Source: a virus (lineage: Duplodnaviria > Caudoviricetes). Taken from it: DNA of 64,000 bases. How positions within the stretch are numbered: position 1 is the stretch's first letter; each line of letters begins with the position of its first letter. The stretch is taken from the IMG/VR virus record IMGVR_UViG_2671180612_000005, positions 6,888 to 70,887 of that record; one strand, given 5' to 3'. The notes beneath the pieces were generated by a model. That model was not told the DNA's origin. It made no database searches and saw only the letters and a list, made by a program, of their open reading frames with translations. Position numbers and translations under genes: made by a program. This document shows positions 36,627 to 46,874 of the stretch, one piece after another.

Positions 36627-38099
36627 ATGACCGAACTGAGCGGAGGGCTGTCCGCGGAGGACCTGGCGGCGGTTCTTGCCGATCCGGAGATGGACGTCTG
36701 CACGAAGGCGGCGATCCAGATGCAGTCCGACTTCCTGAAGAAGGCGCGGCCGAAGCAGATCATGCCGGGCGGCGACTGGGACGTCTGGGTCTTGAGATGC
36801 GGGCGCGGCTTCGGGAAGAACTTCTGCGGCAGCCACAACTTCGGCATCGCCGCCCTGAAGAACCCCGGGTCGCGCATGGCGGTGCTGTCGCCGACGGCCG
36901 CGACGCTCCGCCGAGACGCGTTCGAGGGCAAGGACGGTCTGGCGAAGGTGATCCCGGCATACGCCATCGCCGAACACCACAAGTCCTACAACGAGATCCA
37001 CCTCCACAACGGAACGATCCTGCAGGGCTTTCCGATGGAGAGCCCGGACCGTCTTCGCGGGCCCAGCTTCCATGCGGGATGGCTCGACGAAGTCTGCGCC
37101 GCCGGTGCCAAAGCGCAGGAAGCCTGGGACATGTACAACTTCTGTCTCCGCCTCGGCGAGAAGCCGTGGACGATGATCACGACGACGCCGAAGCCGATGC
37201 GCCTGATCCGCGACATCGAGGCCGACAAGTTCACGAAGCTGACGATCGGCACGACGCTCGAGAACCTCGCGAACCTGCCGCCGACGCAGCAGCGCCGCCT
37301 CCTGCGGTACATGAACACGCCGCTCGGCCGCCAGGAGATCTTCGCCGAGATCCTGGACGAGTCCGACCTCAAGAACCCGATCAAGAGGAAATGGTGGGCG
37401 CAATGGGACCAGCCCCGCGTTCCTCCGCCGGCGCACATCGTCGTTAGCTTCGACACCGCCTTCAAGTCGAAGAAGGAGTCGGATTCGACCGCCTGCACCG
37501 TCTGGGGCGCCCTGCGGGTGGGCGTGCGCCGAAAGGGCGTCATCCGTCCGGAATGGGTCACCCTCCTGCTCGATTCCTGGAAGAAGAAGTTGGATTTCCC
37601 GCACCTCAAGCGCGCCGCCTACCTCGAGCGCGAGAAGTGGATCGGGATGGCCGGCGAGGCATGCGAGGTCACGACGCTGATCGAGGACAAGGGCTCCGGA
37701 CAGAGCCTGATCCAGGAGCTGAACGCCGCCGGCGTGCCGTGCGTGCCGTACAATCCCGGCCACGACTCCAAGCTCATGCGCGCCCACGCCGTCAGCGATC
37801 TGTTCGCCGAGGGAGCCGTCTTCGCCCGCGTCTACGACCATCCGCAGGACGGACGGATCTTCGTGCCGACGGCCGACGAGGTGATCACGGAATGCGAGAA
37901 GTTCGGCGACGAGGGCGTGCCGTCGGACGACTACGTCGACTCGACGAGCCAGGCCCTGACGTTCCTGCGCAACGAGGGTTGGTTGGGCAAGGAGTCGGAC
38001 CGCGAGTTCCACCAGGCGATCTCGGCCGAGCCCCCCGAGGAGAAGGACGATAACGGCTGGGACGACGACGAGGACGAGACGGAGCCGCTCTACGCGTGA
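36627..38099 (+). CDS. terL: Terminase large subunit
   Basis: GRGFGK, LRGP..WLDE, TTTP, SFDTA, IEDKGSG, DDYVDS. Confidence 0.95.
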   Translation: MTELSGGLSAEDLAAVLADPEMDVCTKAAIQMQSDFLKKARPKQIMPGGDWDVWVLRCGRGFGKNFCGSHNFGIAALKNPGSRMAVLSPTAATLRRDAFEGKDGLAKVIPAYAIAEHHKSYNEIHLHNGTILQGFPMESPDRLRGPSFHAGWLDEVCAAGAKAQEAWDMYNFCLRLGEKPWTMITTTPKPMRLIRDIEADKFTKLTIGTTLENLANLPPTQQRRLLRYMNTPLGRQEIFAEILDESDLKNPIKRKWWAQWDQPRVPPPAHIVVSFDTAFKSKKESDSTACTVWGALRVGVRRKGVIRPEWVTLLLDSWKKKLDFPHLKRAAYLEREKWIGMAGEACEVTTLIEDKGSGQSLIQELNAAGVPCVPYNPGHDSKLMRAHAVSDLFAEGAVFARVYDHPQDGRIFVPTADEVITECEKFGDEGVPSDDYVDSTSQALTFLRNEGWLGKESDREFHQAISAEPPEEKDDNGWDDDEDETEPLYA

Positions 38100-38152
38100 T
38101 CGCCGTTGAGGTTCGAGTGATGAACTTGTAAAAGACCGTACGACGGGGGAGA

Positions 38153-40501
38153 ATGCACATGGGAAGCAAGGAGTTCGGCGAGTTCGCGCCGGTGGATCCG
38201 CTAGACATGTTCCGCGACATGGAGGAGGTCGAGCTCGAGGACCTCGACGCGGCGTCGTCCGACGCGGACGAGCCCGAGGACCACTTCGCGAACCTCGTTA
38301 CGACGCTCGACGTGGACGATCTGAAGAAGATCGCCTCCGAGCTCGTCGACCGCGTCGATACCGACATCGAGGAACGGGACAGGCACGACCGCTTCATGCT
38401 GAAGGGCATGGAAGCGATGGGCATCGATAGGGACGAAATCCGCACGGGTGCATTCGCCGGTTCGTCGACCGTACGACATCCCCTCCTCGCGCAGGCCTGC
38501 GTCGACTTCCAGTCCCGCATCACACGCGAGCTGCTGCCCGCCGGCGGCGCCGTCCGCGCCGTTCCGAGCGAGGGCTACGACGAGGCGTCCGGATCGCTTC
38601 GCCGCGCCGAGGTCTACGCCAACCGGCGCATCCTGTCGTCCGGCGGCTGCGGCTATTCGGAATCGCTCGAGCAGGCGTTCATCCGTCTTCCGCTGGCCGG
38701 CAGCGTCATCCGCAAGGTCCGTCAGGGTCCCGACGGGGCCGTGTCCGAGACGATCGCGACCGGAGATTTCGCTGTCCCGTATTCCGCGACGACGCTCCAG
38801 TCCTCGCCCCGGAACACGCACATCCTGCGCCTGCACAAGCACGAGGTGGACCTCAACTTCCGCAGCGGCCTGTGGAAGCGCTTCGATCTCGACGAGCGCG
38901 GCGACGAGAGTCGCCGTCCCGAGTCGCAGTCGAAGAAGCACGCCCAGCGCGTCACCGGACAGTCGAAGTCCAGCGAGGACGACGATCGCTACGTCTTCTA
39001 CGAGGTCCATTGCTGGTGGGCCGTCGAGGACGAGGAGGAGGAGCGCCCTTACGTCGTCGTGATCCATCCCGACACCGAGACCGTGTGCATGGTCCGGCGG
39101 AACTGGGATCCCGCCGACGGCGCGATGCAGCCGATCCAGCACTTCGTCCACTATCGCTACCTCCCGTGGGAGGGCTTCTGGGGCATCGGCCTCTTCCACC
39201 TCATCGGCGGCCTGTCGTCGGCCGCGACCGGCTCGCTGCGGGCCCTGATGGATTCGGCCGTCCTCCAGAACATGCCGACCGGTCTGGCCGACAAGAGCGC
39301 CGGCGTCACGAAGGGCGGCAAGCTGAAGCTCGAGCCGCTCGGCTTCACGAACGTCACGCTTCCGACCACCGGCGGCGACAGGGACATCCGCAAGCACTTC
39401 ATGCCCCTGCCCGTCGCCGGGCCGTCGGCGACGCTGTTCTCGCTCCTGCAGTTCATGGTGTCCGAGGGCAGCGAGTTCGCCTCCGTCGCGATCAAGGGCC
39501 TGGCGGACGCGTCCGAGCAGGCGCCGGTGGGAACCACGATGGCGCTCGTCGAGCAGGGCTCGATCGTGTTCGCTTCGATCCACCTGCGTCAGCATCGGAG
39601 CTTCGCGCAGGAACTCCGTCTGTTCCAGCGCGTGACCCGCGACTGGATGCCGGCGGAGGGCGACGACGGCGTCCAGAAGGAGGACTTCGACGACGTCCTG
39701 ATCCTCGTGACGGCCTCCGACCCGTCCACTTGGTCGTCGGTCCAGCGCGTGACCCAGGCCCAGGCCGTCGTCCAGATGGCCCAGCTCGCCAACTCTCTCG
39801 GCGTGAAGGTCGATCTGCGCTCGGCGTTCATCACCATGTCCAAGGCGCTCGGCGTCGAGGATCCGGAGGCCATGTTCCCCAAGGAGGAGCAGCCGCAGCC
39901 GCCCCCGCCGATGCAGCCCCAGGAGGAGTTCGCGGCCATTCTGCGCGGGCAGCCGACGCGGGCGTATCCGGGCCAGAACCACGATGCCCACAAGGCGTTC
40001 TACGAGCAGGTCCTGCAGGATCCGTCCTACGCCAAGGCGCTGGAGAAGGCCCTGCCGTCCGTCCTCGCCTGCCATGCCGACCACACGGCGCAGGGCGTCC
40101 TGGACGAGATCGCCCGCATCACGGGCCAGCAGCCGCCCGAGGTCGACCCGATGCTGTGGCAGTCCGCCATGGTCGCGGCCGAGGCGGCCGCCCGTCTCGC
40201 GCAGACCCGTCGCGCCTCCGATCCGGCCGTCGTCGCCGTGCAGGAGGACGCGAAGACGCGGATCGAGATCGAGAACCGCAAGCTGCAGCAGCGCGACACG
40301 CAGATCATCCAGACCGGCGAGCTCAAGTTCGCCGAGCTGGCGAGCCGCGAGCGCATCGCCGTGGCCGAGATCGAGGCGAAGGCGGCGAACCTCGTAACCG
40401 AGGCGTCGATGCAGCGCGAGGAGGCCGAGCGACGTTCGGCCGACGCCCGCGAGAAGGCGGCGTTCGACGCCGCGAACAAGGCACCGGAGGTCGTCCTTTG
40501 A
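38153..40501 (+). CDS. Portal protein
   Basis: HPLLAQACVDFQS, LPLAGS..RK, FWGIGL.HLIGGL, APVGTT.AL. Confidence 0.9.
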   Translation: MHMGSKEFGEFAPVDPLDMFRDMEEVELEDLDAASSDADEPEDHFANLVTTLDVDDLKKIASELVDRVDTDIEERDRHDRFMLKGMEAMGIDRDEIRTGAFAGSSTVRHPLLAQACVDFQSRITRELLPAGGAVRAVPSEGYDEASGSLRRAEVYANRRILSSGGCGYSESLEQAFIRLPLAGSVIRKVRQGPDGAVSETIATGDFAVPYSATTLQSSPRNTHILRLHKHEVDLNFRSGLWKRFDLDERGDESRRPESQSKKHAQRVTGQSKSSEDDDRYVFYEVHCWWAVEDEEEERPYVVVIHPDTETVCMVRRNWDPADGAMQPIQHFVHYRYLPWEGFWGIGLFHLIGGLSSAATGSLRALMDSAVLQNMPTGLADKSAGVTKGGKLKLEPLGFTNVTLPTTGGDRDIRKHFMPLPVAGPSATLFSLLQFMVSEGSEFASVAIKGLADASEQAPVGTTMALVEQGSIVFASIHLRQHRSFAQELRLFQRVTRDWMPAEGDDGVQKEDFDDVLILVTASDPSTWSSVQRVTQAQAVVQMAQLANSLGVKVDLRSAFITMSKALGVEDPEAMFPKEEQPQPPPPMQPQEEFAAILRGQPTRAYPGQNHDAHKAFYEQVLQDPSYAKALEKALPSVLACHADHTAQGVLDEIARITGQQPPEVDPMLWQSAMVAAEAAARLAQTRRASDPAVVAVQEDAKTRIEIENRKLQQRDTQIIQTGELKFAELASRERIAVAEIEAKAANLVTEASMQREEAERRSADAREKAAFDAANKAPEVVL

Positions 40502-40731
40502 GCGACGCACGCCGTCTCATGGAGCGTGTCCAGGAACTCCTCCTGGAACGCAAGGCCTCGATCGCCGCCGGGGTTCTCGACGGCTCCCTGCCCGACCATT
40601 CCCAGTATCTGGCGCAGTGCGCCGAGATCCGGGCGCTCGACACAGTGTGGGTCAGCGTCCTCGGCTCCTACGAGGCCATGACGGCCGAGGGAGAGATCGA
40701 AGAAGAACCCGAAGAAGGAGAAGACAGTTGA
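40498..40731 (+). CDS. Small head-module protein
   Basis: TTG start overlapping portal stop. Confidence 0.6.
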   Translation: MSDARRLMERVQELLLERKASIAAGVLDGSLPDHSQYLAQCAEIRALDTVWVSVLGSYEAMTAEGEIEEEPEEGEDS

Positions 40732-41138
40732 ACACCCAGTCCCCCGTCCTCGCCGTCGGCGGTCCCGTCTCGGCCCTGCCGAAGACCGATCCGCGTTTCC
40801 CGCCCGTCTCCGACGTGCCCATCCCGCTCGGCCATCGCCTCGTCGTCCAGCACGCCAAGGTCTCGCAGACCTACGCAGGCACGTCGATCATCAAGCACGT
40901 CGCGCAGGTCGAGGCCGAGGCTTACCAGTGCACCGAGGCGAAGGTTCTGAAGGTCGGCGACGACGCCTGGCGCAACCGCGAGACCGGGGTCGAATGGGTG
41001 GGCGGCGCCAAGCTGCGCCCCGGGGACGTCGTGCTCATTCCGATGACGAAAGGGCTCCGCTTCACGCGCGACGACTGCACCCTCCAGATGATCGAGGACA
41101 TCGTGCCGCTCGCCCTACTGGAGCGGCCGTCGGCCTGA
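40728..41138 (+). CDS. GroES-like co-chaperonin
   Basis: PLGHRLVV...II...AKVLKVGDDA...PGDVV...IED; start uncertain. Confidence 0.8.
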   Translation: MNTQSPVLAVGGPVSALPKTDPRFPPVSDVPIPLGHRLVVQHAKVSQTYAGTSIIKHVAQVEAEAYQCTEAKVLKVGDDAWRNRETGVEWVGGAKLRPGDVVLIPMTKGLRFTRDDCTLQMIEDIVPLALLERPSA

Positions 41139-41157
41139 TCGACTGCGTCGGACGAAG

Positions 41158-41183
41158 AAAAGCGGCCTCCGGGCCGCTTTTTT
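41158..41183 (+). terminator. Intrinsic terminator (possibly bidirectional)
   Basis: AAAAGCGGCC-TCCG-GGCCGCTTTTTT. Confidence 0.85.
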
Positions 41184-41195
41184 CGTTCGGGGGTA

Positions 41196-41225
41196 TTCGA
41201 GTTGGACGTGGCGACATCGTAAATA
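41196..41225 (+). promoter_or_regulatory. Late promoter motif
   Basis: TTCGAG-N18-TAAATA. Confidence 0.55.
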
Positions 41226-41266
41226 GTCAGGAGACGGATGATCGGATGATACCGGGGAGCTTACGC

Positions 41267-41503
41267 ATGAGCGACGGAACCGAGACGAAGGCGCCGAGGA
41301 AGGCCAAGGCGCCGGCGAAACCGAAGGACGAGGCCGCGGCGGTCGAGGCCGAGGCCGTCGAGGACGACTACGTCGCGCCGCGTTCCCGGGCCCGCATCGC
41401 TCGCGCCGACGCGTCGGTGCAGGCCATCCGCAAGAAGATGTCGATCTCCGACCAGGGCGGCGAGGGCCTCGTCCTGACGCCAGAGCTGAAGCTCACGATG
41501 TGA
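41267..41503 (+). CDS. Small hypothetical protein
   Basis: GGGGAG RBS; MSDGTETKAPRK... Confidence 0.65.
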   Translation: MSDGTETKAPRKAKAPAKPKDEAAAVEAEAVEDDYVAPRSRARIARADASVQAIRKKMSISDQGGEGLVLTPELKLTM

Positions 41504-41563
41504 TCCGGACCGCGGGCCGCACGACCGGATAACGGGGCCCGCGATTTTTTTCGACGACGCCGC

Positions 41564-41593
41564 TTCGAGATGGACGGGGCGGCGTCGTACACT
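41564..41593 (+). promoter_or_regulatory. Late promoter motif
   Basis: TTCGAG-N18-TACACT; 26-bp identity with 43208-43233. Confidence 0.7.
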
Positions 41594-41666
41594 TCCGTCA
41601 TCGAAGGGATCGGGGGATCCCGCAGGCGCAGCGAGCGCCGGACAGTTCGAGCCGGGGGATCGATCC

Positions 41667-42182
41667 ATGCCGCAGTCCAAGGGCCTCAGGGCCGTCCGCC
41701 ACACGTCGGGCTACATCCGCACGAGCGAGGTGAAGGGCGGCATCGCGTCCGGCTACAACACCGACATCTTCCTCGGCGACCCGCTGAAGATCGCCGCCGA
41801 CGGCACGTACGTCCGCTCGGACGGCGCCGTCGTGGACGGCATCTTCATGGGCGTCCACCTCGTCGACTCGCGCAACGAGTACCGCGTCGAGAAGAGCTGG
41901 GTCGCCGGCACCGTCACGACCGACGTGAAGCTCCTCGTCGCGACCGAGACCTCGGGTCTCGAATGCGAGATCTCCACCGACGCCGCCGCGCCTTCCAACA
42001 TCGTGGGCAAGGCGTGCAATCTCACGATGACCGCCGGATCGCACCTCAACGGTTCGTCCGCCGTCGTCCTCAACGTCGCCTCGGCAGCTACCCCCGGCAC
42101 CGCCGTCCGCGTCAAGGGATTCTCGAAGAAGGTCGGCAACGTGCCGGGCGACGTCGCGATCCTCGTCGTCGAAATCCTGTAA
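41667..42182 (+). CDS. Capsid-associated (decoration-like) protein
   Basis: GLRAVR..IASGYNTDIFLGD; directly upstream of MCP. Confidence 0.7.
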   Translation: MPQSKGLRAVRHTSGYIRTSEVKGGIASGYNTDIFLGDPLKIAADGTYVRSDGAVVDGIFMGVHLVDSRNEYRVEKSWVAGTVTTDVKLLVATETSGLECEISTDAAAPSNIVGKACNLTMTAGSHLNGSSAVVLNVASAATPGTAVRVKGFSKKVGNVPGDVAILVVEIL

Positions 42183-42206
42183 TCCGGTCGAGGGGGAAAC
42201 CGACCC

Positions 42207-43133
42207 ATGTCCAACATCATCACGACCGCCAACTTCCGGCGCAGGGTCCTGCCGATCCTCGACCGCTCGTTCGACGACCACACGGCCAAGGGGCCTGAAG
42301 AGTGGAAGAGCTGGTACGACGTCGAGGACGGCGCCGCGGCCGCCTTCGAGGAGGAGTCCGGCCTGACCGGCTTCGGTCTTCCGACCGAGCTCGGCGAAGG
42401 CGAAGCGATCACCTACGACATCGCCAAGGACGGATTCGTCACGCGCTTCCTCTGGTCCGAGTTCGGCTCCGGCTTCAAGATCACCAAGCGGATGATCGAG
42501 GACGGCCAGGGCGAGAGCCTCACGACCAAGCTATCGAAGATGCTCGGCGTCTCGTTCCGCGAGGCCCGCGAGCTCATCCACGCCTACCTGCTCAACTCCG
42601 CCTTCACCCGCGTCCGCCCGGACTTCGACAAGAAGCCGATCATCGCGACGGACCACCCGATGGCGGGCTTCGGCATGGGCGGGCAGGTCTGGTCGAACCG
42701 GCTTCCCGACGCGCAGTTCTCCGAGGCGGCGCTCGAGGACGCGGATATCTTCATCTCGAAGGCGACCGACCAGCGCGGCCTGAAGATCTCGCTGAAGGCC
42801 AAGGACATCGTGATCCCGTCGGAGCTCAAGTACGACGCGGTCCGGATCCTGCGATCCAACGGCCAGGTCAACACGCCGAACAACACGGCGAACGCGCTCA
42901 AGATCGAGGGCACGTACGGCACGGACGCGAAGGTCCTACGGTACCTGACCTCCTCGACCGCCTGGTTCATCATGACCGATGCGGACCGTGGTTTCATCCA
43001 CAAGACCCGCAACGCCCTCGAGCGCGGCATGCACGGCGACTTCGAGACCGGCAACACGGCCTATAAGGCGACCGAGCGCTACGGCGTGAACATCGGCGAC
43101 GTCCACAAGGTCTACGGCTCCGTCGGAGCCTGA
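42207..43133 (+). CDS. Major capsid protein
   Basis: AFEE..LTGFG..EG..I.YD, GF.IT..IED, YLT...AWF, DFETGN..YKATERY. Confidence 0.9.
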   Translation: MSNIITTANFRRRVLPILDRSFDDHTAKGPEEWKSWYDVEDGAAAAFEEESGLTGFGLPTELGEGEAITYDIAKDGFVTRFLWSEFGSGFKITKRMIEDGQGESLTTKLSKMLGVSFREARELIHAYLLNSAFTRVRPDFDKKPIIATDHPMAGFGMGGQVWSNRLPDAQFSEAALEDADIFISKATDQRGLKISLKAKDIVIPSELKYDAVRILRSNGQVNTPNNTANALKIEGTYGTDAKVLRYLTSSTAWFIMTDADRGFIHKTRNALERGMHGDFETGNTAYKATERYGVNIGDVHKVYGSVGA

Positions 43134-43169
43134 GCTCGGCGCGGTTGGGGGACCGCGCAGGGAGGAAGG

Positions 43170-43205
43170 AAGGGCCGGTGCCGCGAGGCCCCGGCCTTTT
43201 TCTTT
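43170..43205 (+). terminator. Intrinsic terminator after MCP
   Basis: GGCCGG...CCGGCC followed by TTTTTCTTT. Confidence 0.75.
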
Positions 43206-43213
43206 GCCGCCGC

Positions 43214-43242
43214 TTCGAGATGGACGGGGCGGCACGTAATTT
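43214..43242 (+). promoter_or_regulatory. Late promoter motif
   Basis: TTCGAG-N17-TAATTT. Confidence 0.7.
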
Positions 43243-43262
43243 CGCGTCGGGGGATCAACGAC

Positions 43263-44759
43263 ATGGCGGACGTGGAAGTCCAGGACCTGCCGCAGACGCA
43301 GCTCGACGGTTTCGCCCTCGTCGAGATCGGCGGAGCTCTGTACCGCCGGTCGACCAACGGATTCGGCGTCGATCCCGAGCTCGTCGCGACCGTCGAGGAC
43401 CTGTCGGCCGACGTGGTGCAGCTCTTCGACGACGTCGCGGACGTGCGCGAGGAGCTGGAGGGCAAGGCCGACGCGGGAGAGACCGCGGTCACCTTCGCGC
43501 AGCTCGGGACCGACCTCGCCGACGTCGCCGGCGACGTGACGCAGCTCTTCGACGACGTGGCCCAGATCCGGGAGGACCTGGAGGGCAAGGCCGACGACGC
43601 TGACGTCGATGCGCTGGCCGCATCGGTCGCCGACCATGAAACCCGCATCGTCACGCTCGAAGCCGCGGCGAACGTCGCCGCACGGCTGAAGGGCGCGAAC
43701 GTACGCACGGTCGGCCCGGGCGGAGACTGGACGACGCTCTCGGCCGCGATCGCCGCGCTCCGCGTCGCTAACCGGGATCCGGACGCCCGCGTCACCGTCA
43801 ACATCGCCGCCGGCATCTACGTCGAGAACCTGACATTCCAGCCCGGCGAGGACTGGAGCTGGGTGGACTTCTTCGGCCCCGCCGGGGTCGAAGTCCAGCC
43901 CTCCGCCGTCGCCGTCTCGGGCAATTCGAGGGACTATCGCCACGCCTGGACCGTGCCCAACGGCGCCGTCTTCTCCGTCGGCGACCAGGTGGACGTCAGG
44001 CTGATCGTGGCGCAGTCGAACAGCGCCGAGTACCAGAACGTAGGCAACTGCCTCATCACGGCGGTCGCCGGCAACGTCGTCACCCTGCGCGTGCGGACGC
44101 TGACCAGCTTCATCCCCGCGAACCCGGCTAACTATTTGCTGATGAAGGTCCCGGTCCAGGTCCGGACGTCGCAGACGATGGAGCTCAAGGGCGTCCGGTC
44201 GCCGACCTTCTTCAACGTCGGATTCCGTCCGAACGGCTCGCCGACGGCGAACGCCGCCTTCGGCGTCATCCGCGTCTCGTCGGGTGGCGTCCTGCGCACG
44301 ATCCGGCGCGAGGTCACGACCGACAACCCGCGCTGCGACCTTTTCGTCTGCCACGGCGGGCCCGGCATCACCGTCGACCGGTACGGCATGCTCCGCGGCT
44401 CATTCTCGAGCTGCAACAACGACGCTTCTGGCATCATCGCGGTCCAGTCGGAGCTCCAGCTCGGGCGCGTCCAGACGAACGCGAACGGCGACGGCTGCTA
44501 CGTCATCTTCTCGAAGCTGAACCAGTACGGCAACGCCGGCTCTCCTCAGGAGGCCCTGTTCTGCGGGAACGGCAACTCCGGTCTCATCGGGATCCGGCAG
44601 GCCGACGGTCACGTCTACGGCGGCGTCGCTCTCGGCAACCAGAACGACGTCTTAGTGGACGTCAACGCCCGTCTGACCGTCGGCAGCTTCATCGCGAGCG
44701 TCTACTCGCCGCCGGCGAACACACTGAACAACAAGAATTCGTTCATCGCGACGTATTGA
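43263..44759 (+). CDS. Tail spike/fibre-like protein with 41-aa duplicated stalk and Asn/Gly-rich beta-helix-like C-terminus
   Basis: QLFDDVA..RE.LEGKAD x2; TVGPGGDW.TL..AI; AGIY.E. Confidence 0.7.
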   Translation: MADVEVQDLPQTQLDGFALVEIGGALYRRSTNGFGVDPELVATVEDLSADVVQLFDDVADVREELEGKADAGETAVTFAQLGTDLADVAGDVTQLFDDVAQIREDLEGKADDADVDALAASVADHETRIVTLEAAANVAARLKGANVRTVGPGGDWTTLSAAIAALRVANRDPDARVTVNIAAGIYVENLTFQPGEDWSWVDFFGPAGVEVQPSAVAVSGNSRDYRHAWTVPNGAVFSVGDQVDVRLIVAQSNSAEYQNVGNCLITAVAGNVVTLRVRTLTSFIPANPANYLLMKVPVQVRTSQTMELKGVRSPTFFNVGFRPNGSPTANAAFGVIRVSSGGVLRTIRREVTTDNPRCDLFVCHGGPGITVDRYGMLRGSFSSCNNDASGIIAVQSELQLGRVQTNANGDGCYVIFSKLNQYGNAGSPQEALFCGNGNSGLIGIRQADGHVYGGVALGNQNDVLVDVNARLTVGSFIASVYSPPANTLNNKNSFIATY

Positions 44760-44760
44760 G

Positions 44761-44988
44761 GTGGAAGCCGTGCTTTTCCTGATCCACGCCGAGCGGCCAG
44801 GCCTCGTCCTCTCGACGCATGCCGACAGCCAGCTTCCCGATCTGCTCGCGCTGCCGGCGGACACGTACACCGTCTGCCGCGTCGTCGATCCGATTCCCGA
44901 GCCGCCCGTCGCCTTCCCTCCCTCGACGGCGCTGCGACCGGTGCCGGCCGTCTACGAGGTCGTCGAACGTACGGAGGCGTCCGCATGA
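44761..44988 (+). CDS. Small hypothetical protein
   Basis: GTG start, coupled to next gene. Confidence 0.45.
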   Translation: MEAVLFLIHAERPGLVLSTHADSQLPDLLALPADTYTVCRVVDPIPEPPVAFPPSTALRPVPAVYEVVERTEASA

Positions 44989-45656
44989 GCACCCGCCTCG
45001 ACTACGACGAGCTCTTCGAAGAGGCGTCCGGCCGCATCGGCGGCGAGGCCGTGGCAGGCTTCACCGCCCGCGAAGGCCGCCTCGCGCTCCGGCTTCTGTT
45101 CTCGGACTGGGCGAACCGCGGCTGTCAGATGTGGCAGCTCGACGAGATCGTCGTGCCGTTGGCCGCGGCGACCACCCTTCCCGCCGACACGACCGACGTC
45201 GTCGAGGCGTTCGTCCGCATCGACGGTCGGGACCGTACCATTCAGCGGATCGGCCTGACGTCCTGGGTCGACGTCGAGGAGAAGAGCGCCGCAGGCCGCC
45301 CGTGCTCGTACCTCGTCGAGCGGCGCCGCGACGCGCCCGTCCTCCGCATCTCTCCCCTGCCCGACTTCGCAGGCGAGCTGCACGTCTGGCGGATCCGCGA
45401 GGCGACCGCAGTGTCGTCGATGTCGGACTTGGTCGACGTCCCGGAGCGCTTCCTCGCCTCCGCCGCGGCGGGGCTGGCGTACCAGCTCGGCCTGAAGCGG
45501 CTCGCGAAGCAGGCGGCCGAGAAGAACGAGAACCTCCGCTTCCTCATCCAGACGCTCAAGGCCGAGTACGAGCAGCTGCTCCTGAACGCGCTCGAAGCCG
45601 ACCGCGAAACGGCGACGATCCGGTTCGCGGTCGACATGGGAGGCTACTTTGACTGA
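44985..45656 (+). CDS. Head-tail adaptor-like virion protein
   Basis: L.LLFSDWANRG..WQ, GRP, P.PD, DVPERF...GLAY.L. Confidence 0.75.
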   Translation: MSTRLDYDELFEEASGRIGGEAVAGFTAREGRLALRLLFSDWANRGCQMWQLDEIVVPLAAATTLPADTTDVVEAFVRIDGRDRTIQRIGLTSWVDVEEKSAAGRPCSYLVERRRDAPVLRISPLPDFAGELHVWRIREATAVSSMSDLVDVPERFLASAAAGLAYQLGLKRLAKQAAEKNENLRFLIQTLKAEYEQLLLNALEADRETATIRFAVDMGGYFD

Positions 45657-46269
45657 CTTCAACGAGCTGGCCCTCGCGATCCCGCGCTGGCTGAACTCCG
45701 ACGAGGACGAGCTCGTCGACGAACTCCCGTCCATCATCCGGTCGGCCGAGGAGCGCCTGAGCCGCGATCTGCAGCACCGTGCGCTCTATGCCGAAGCGAC
45801 CGGCACGATCTACGCCGGCCAGTCTGCGCTCTCCATCCCGACCGATCTGATCGGCGTCCGCCGACTCGCGATCGTCGACGCGGGCGAGACCGTCGTGCTG
45901 CGCCGTCGGACGATATCCTTCCTCGACGAGTTCGCGCCGCGAATCTCGCTTGTCGGTCGGCCGAAGTTCTACGCGGTCCGGTCCACGAACTCCTGGCGCG
46001 TCGCCCGCACGCCCGACGCGGACTATCCGTTCGAGCTTCTCTACAAGCGTCGGCTGGTCGGTCTGTCGCCTCAGAACCCGACGAACTGGCTGTCGGAGAA
46101 CGCCTACGACGCCCTCCTCCACGCCGCCTGCGCACGGGCCGCGTCCTTCCTGCACGACGACGAGAAGGCGGCGACGAAGGCCCTGCACGAGGACGAGTAC
46201 GGCCGCTTCGTCTCCGCGCTGAACGCCGAGTCCGAGGAGGACGAGTACCAGCCGGGAGAAGCCGCATGA
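45649..46269 (+). CDS. Phage adaptor protein
   Basis: EL..AI..WL...I..AEERL.RDL, G.PKFYA, TNWL..NA.DALL. Confidence 0.75.
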   Translation: MTDFNELALAIPRWLNSDEDELVDELPSIIRSAEERLSRDLQHRALYAEATGTIYAGQSALSIPTDLIGVRRLAIVDAGETVVLRRRTISFLDEFAPRISLVGRPKFYAVRSTNSWRVARTPDADYPFELLYKRRLVGLSPQNPTNWLSENAYDALLHAACARAASFLHDDEKAATKALHEDEYGRFVSALNAESEEDEYQPGEAA

Positions 46270-46874
46270 GCACCGCGACGCAGCGCAACCGCCTCGAGCT
46301 CATGGACTACGGATCGAACCTGGACACCTGGGGCGACAAGCTCAACCGGAACTTCCGCAATATCGACGCGGCCTTGGACGGCAGCCTCGCGGTCGACCTG
46401 ACGGCCGGCGGACACGTTCTGGTCGCCTCCGACTTCGTCGAGGACGAGGCGCGCCGGCGCGTGCTCCGGACGACCGGCGGCGGCAAGCTGACGATTCCCG
46501 CCGTGGAGAAGGTCTACTACGTCCTGGCGCAGGATCCCTTCAGCGCGACCGACGGCACGACGACGGTGCAGGTTCCCGCCGGCTTCTCCGTCCTCCTGGC
46601 GCAGCCCCTGTCGGTGCACTCGTCGGCGAAGAACACGAGCGTCGCGGTCTTTGCGTATCCGGCGGCGATCGGGGCTTCGCACCTGTCCGGCCTGGTGCTC
46701 GTCGCCGGCACGGTCCCGGCCGTCATCCCGCCGGGCGGCTACGTCGACGTCAAGGCCACGGCCGCCGCGCAGGTCGGCAACGTCCGCTTCGCCGCCGGCG
46801 CGTCGGCGCGCCTCGTCGGATCGGCGTCGGGCATCGTCGTCATGAGCGAGACCGCAGGGGTGACCCGTGTCTGA
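46266..46874 (+). CDS. Tail-associated virion protein
   Basis: RLELM..G.N..TWG...N.N...ID.A. Confidence 0.65.
   Translation: MSTATQRNRLELMDYGSNLDTWGDKLNRNFRNIDAALDGSLAVDLTAGGHVLVASDFVEDEARRRVLRTTGGGKLTIPAVEKVYYVLAQDPFSATDGTTTVQVPAGFSVLLAQPLSVHSSAKNTSVAVFAYPAAIGASHLSGLVLVAGTVPAVIPPGGYVDVKATAAAQVGNVRFAAGASARLVGSASGIVVMSETAGVTRV

Noticed and set aside
38112-38144. Additional TTCGAG promoter before the portal gene
   Set aside because: No -10-like hexamer at 17-18 bp spacing
43263-44759. Diversity-generating retroelement target (AAC-rich C-terminus, internal repeat)
   Set aside because: No reverse transcriptase seen; the 123-bp-period duplication is an in-frame stalk repeat, not an adenine-specific TR/VR pair
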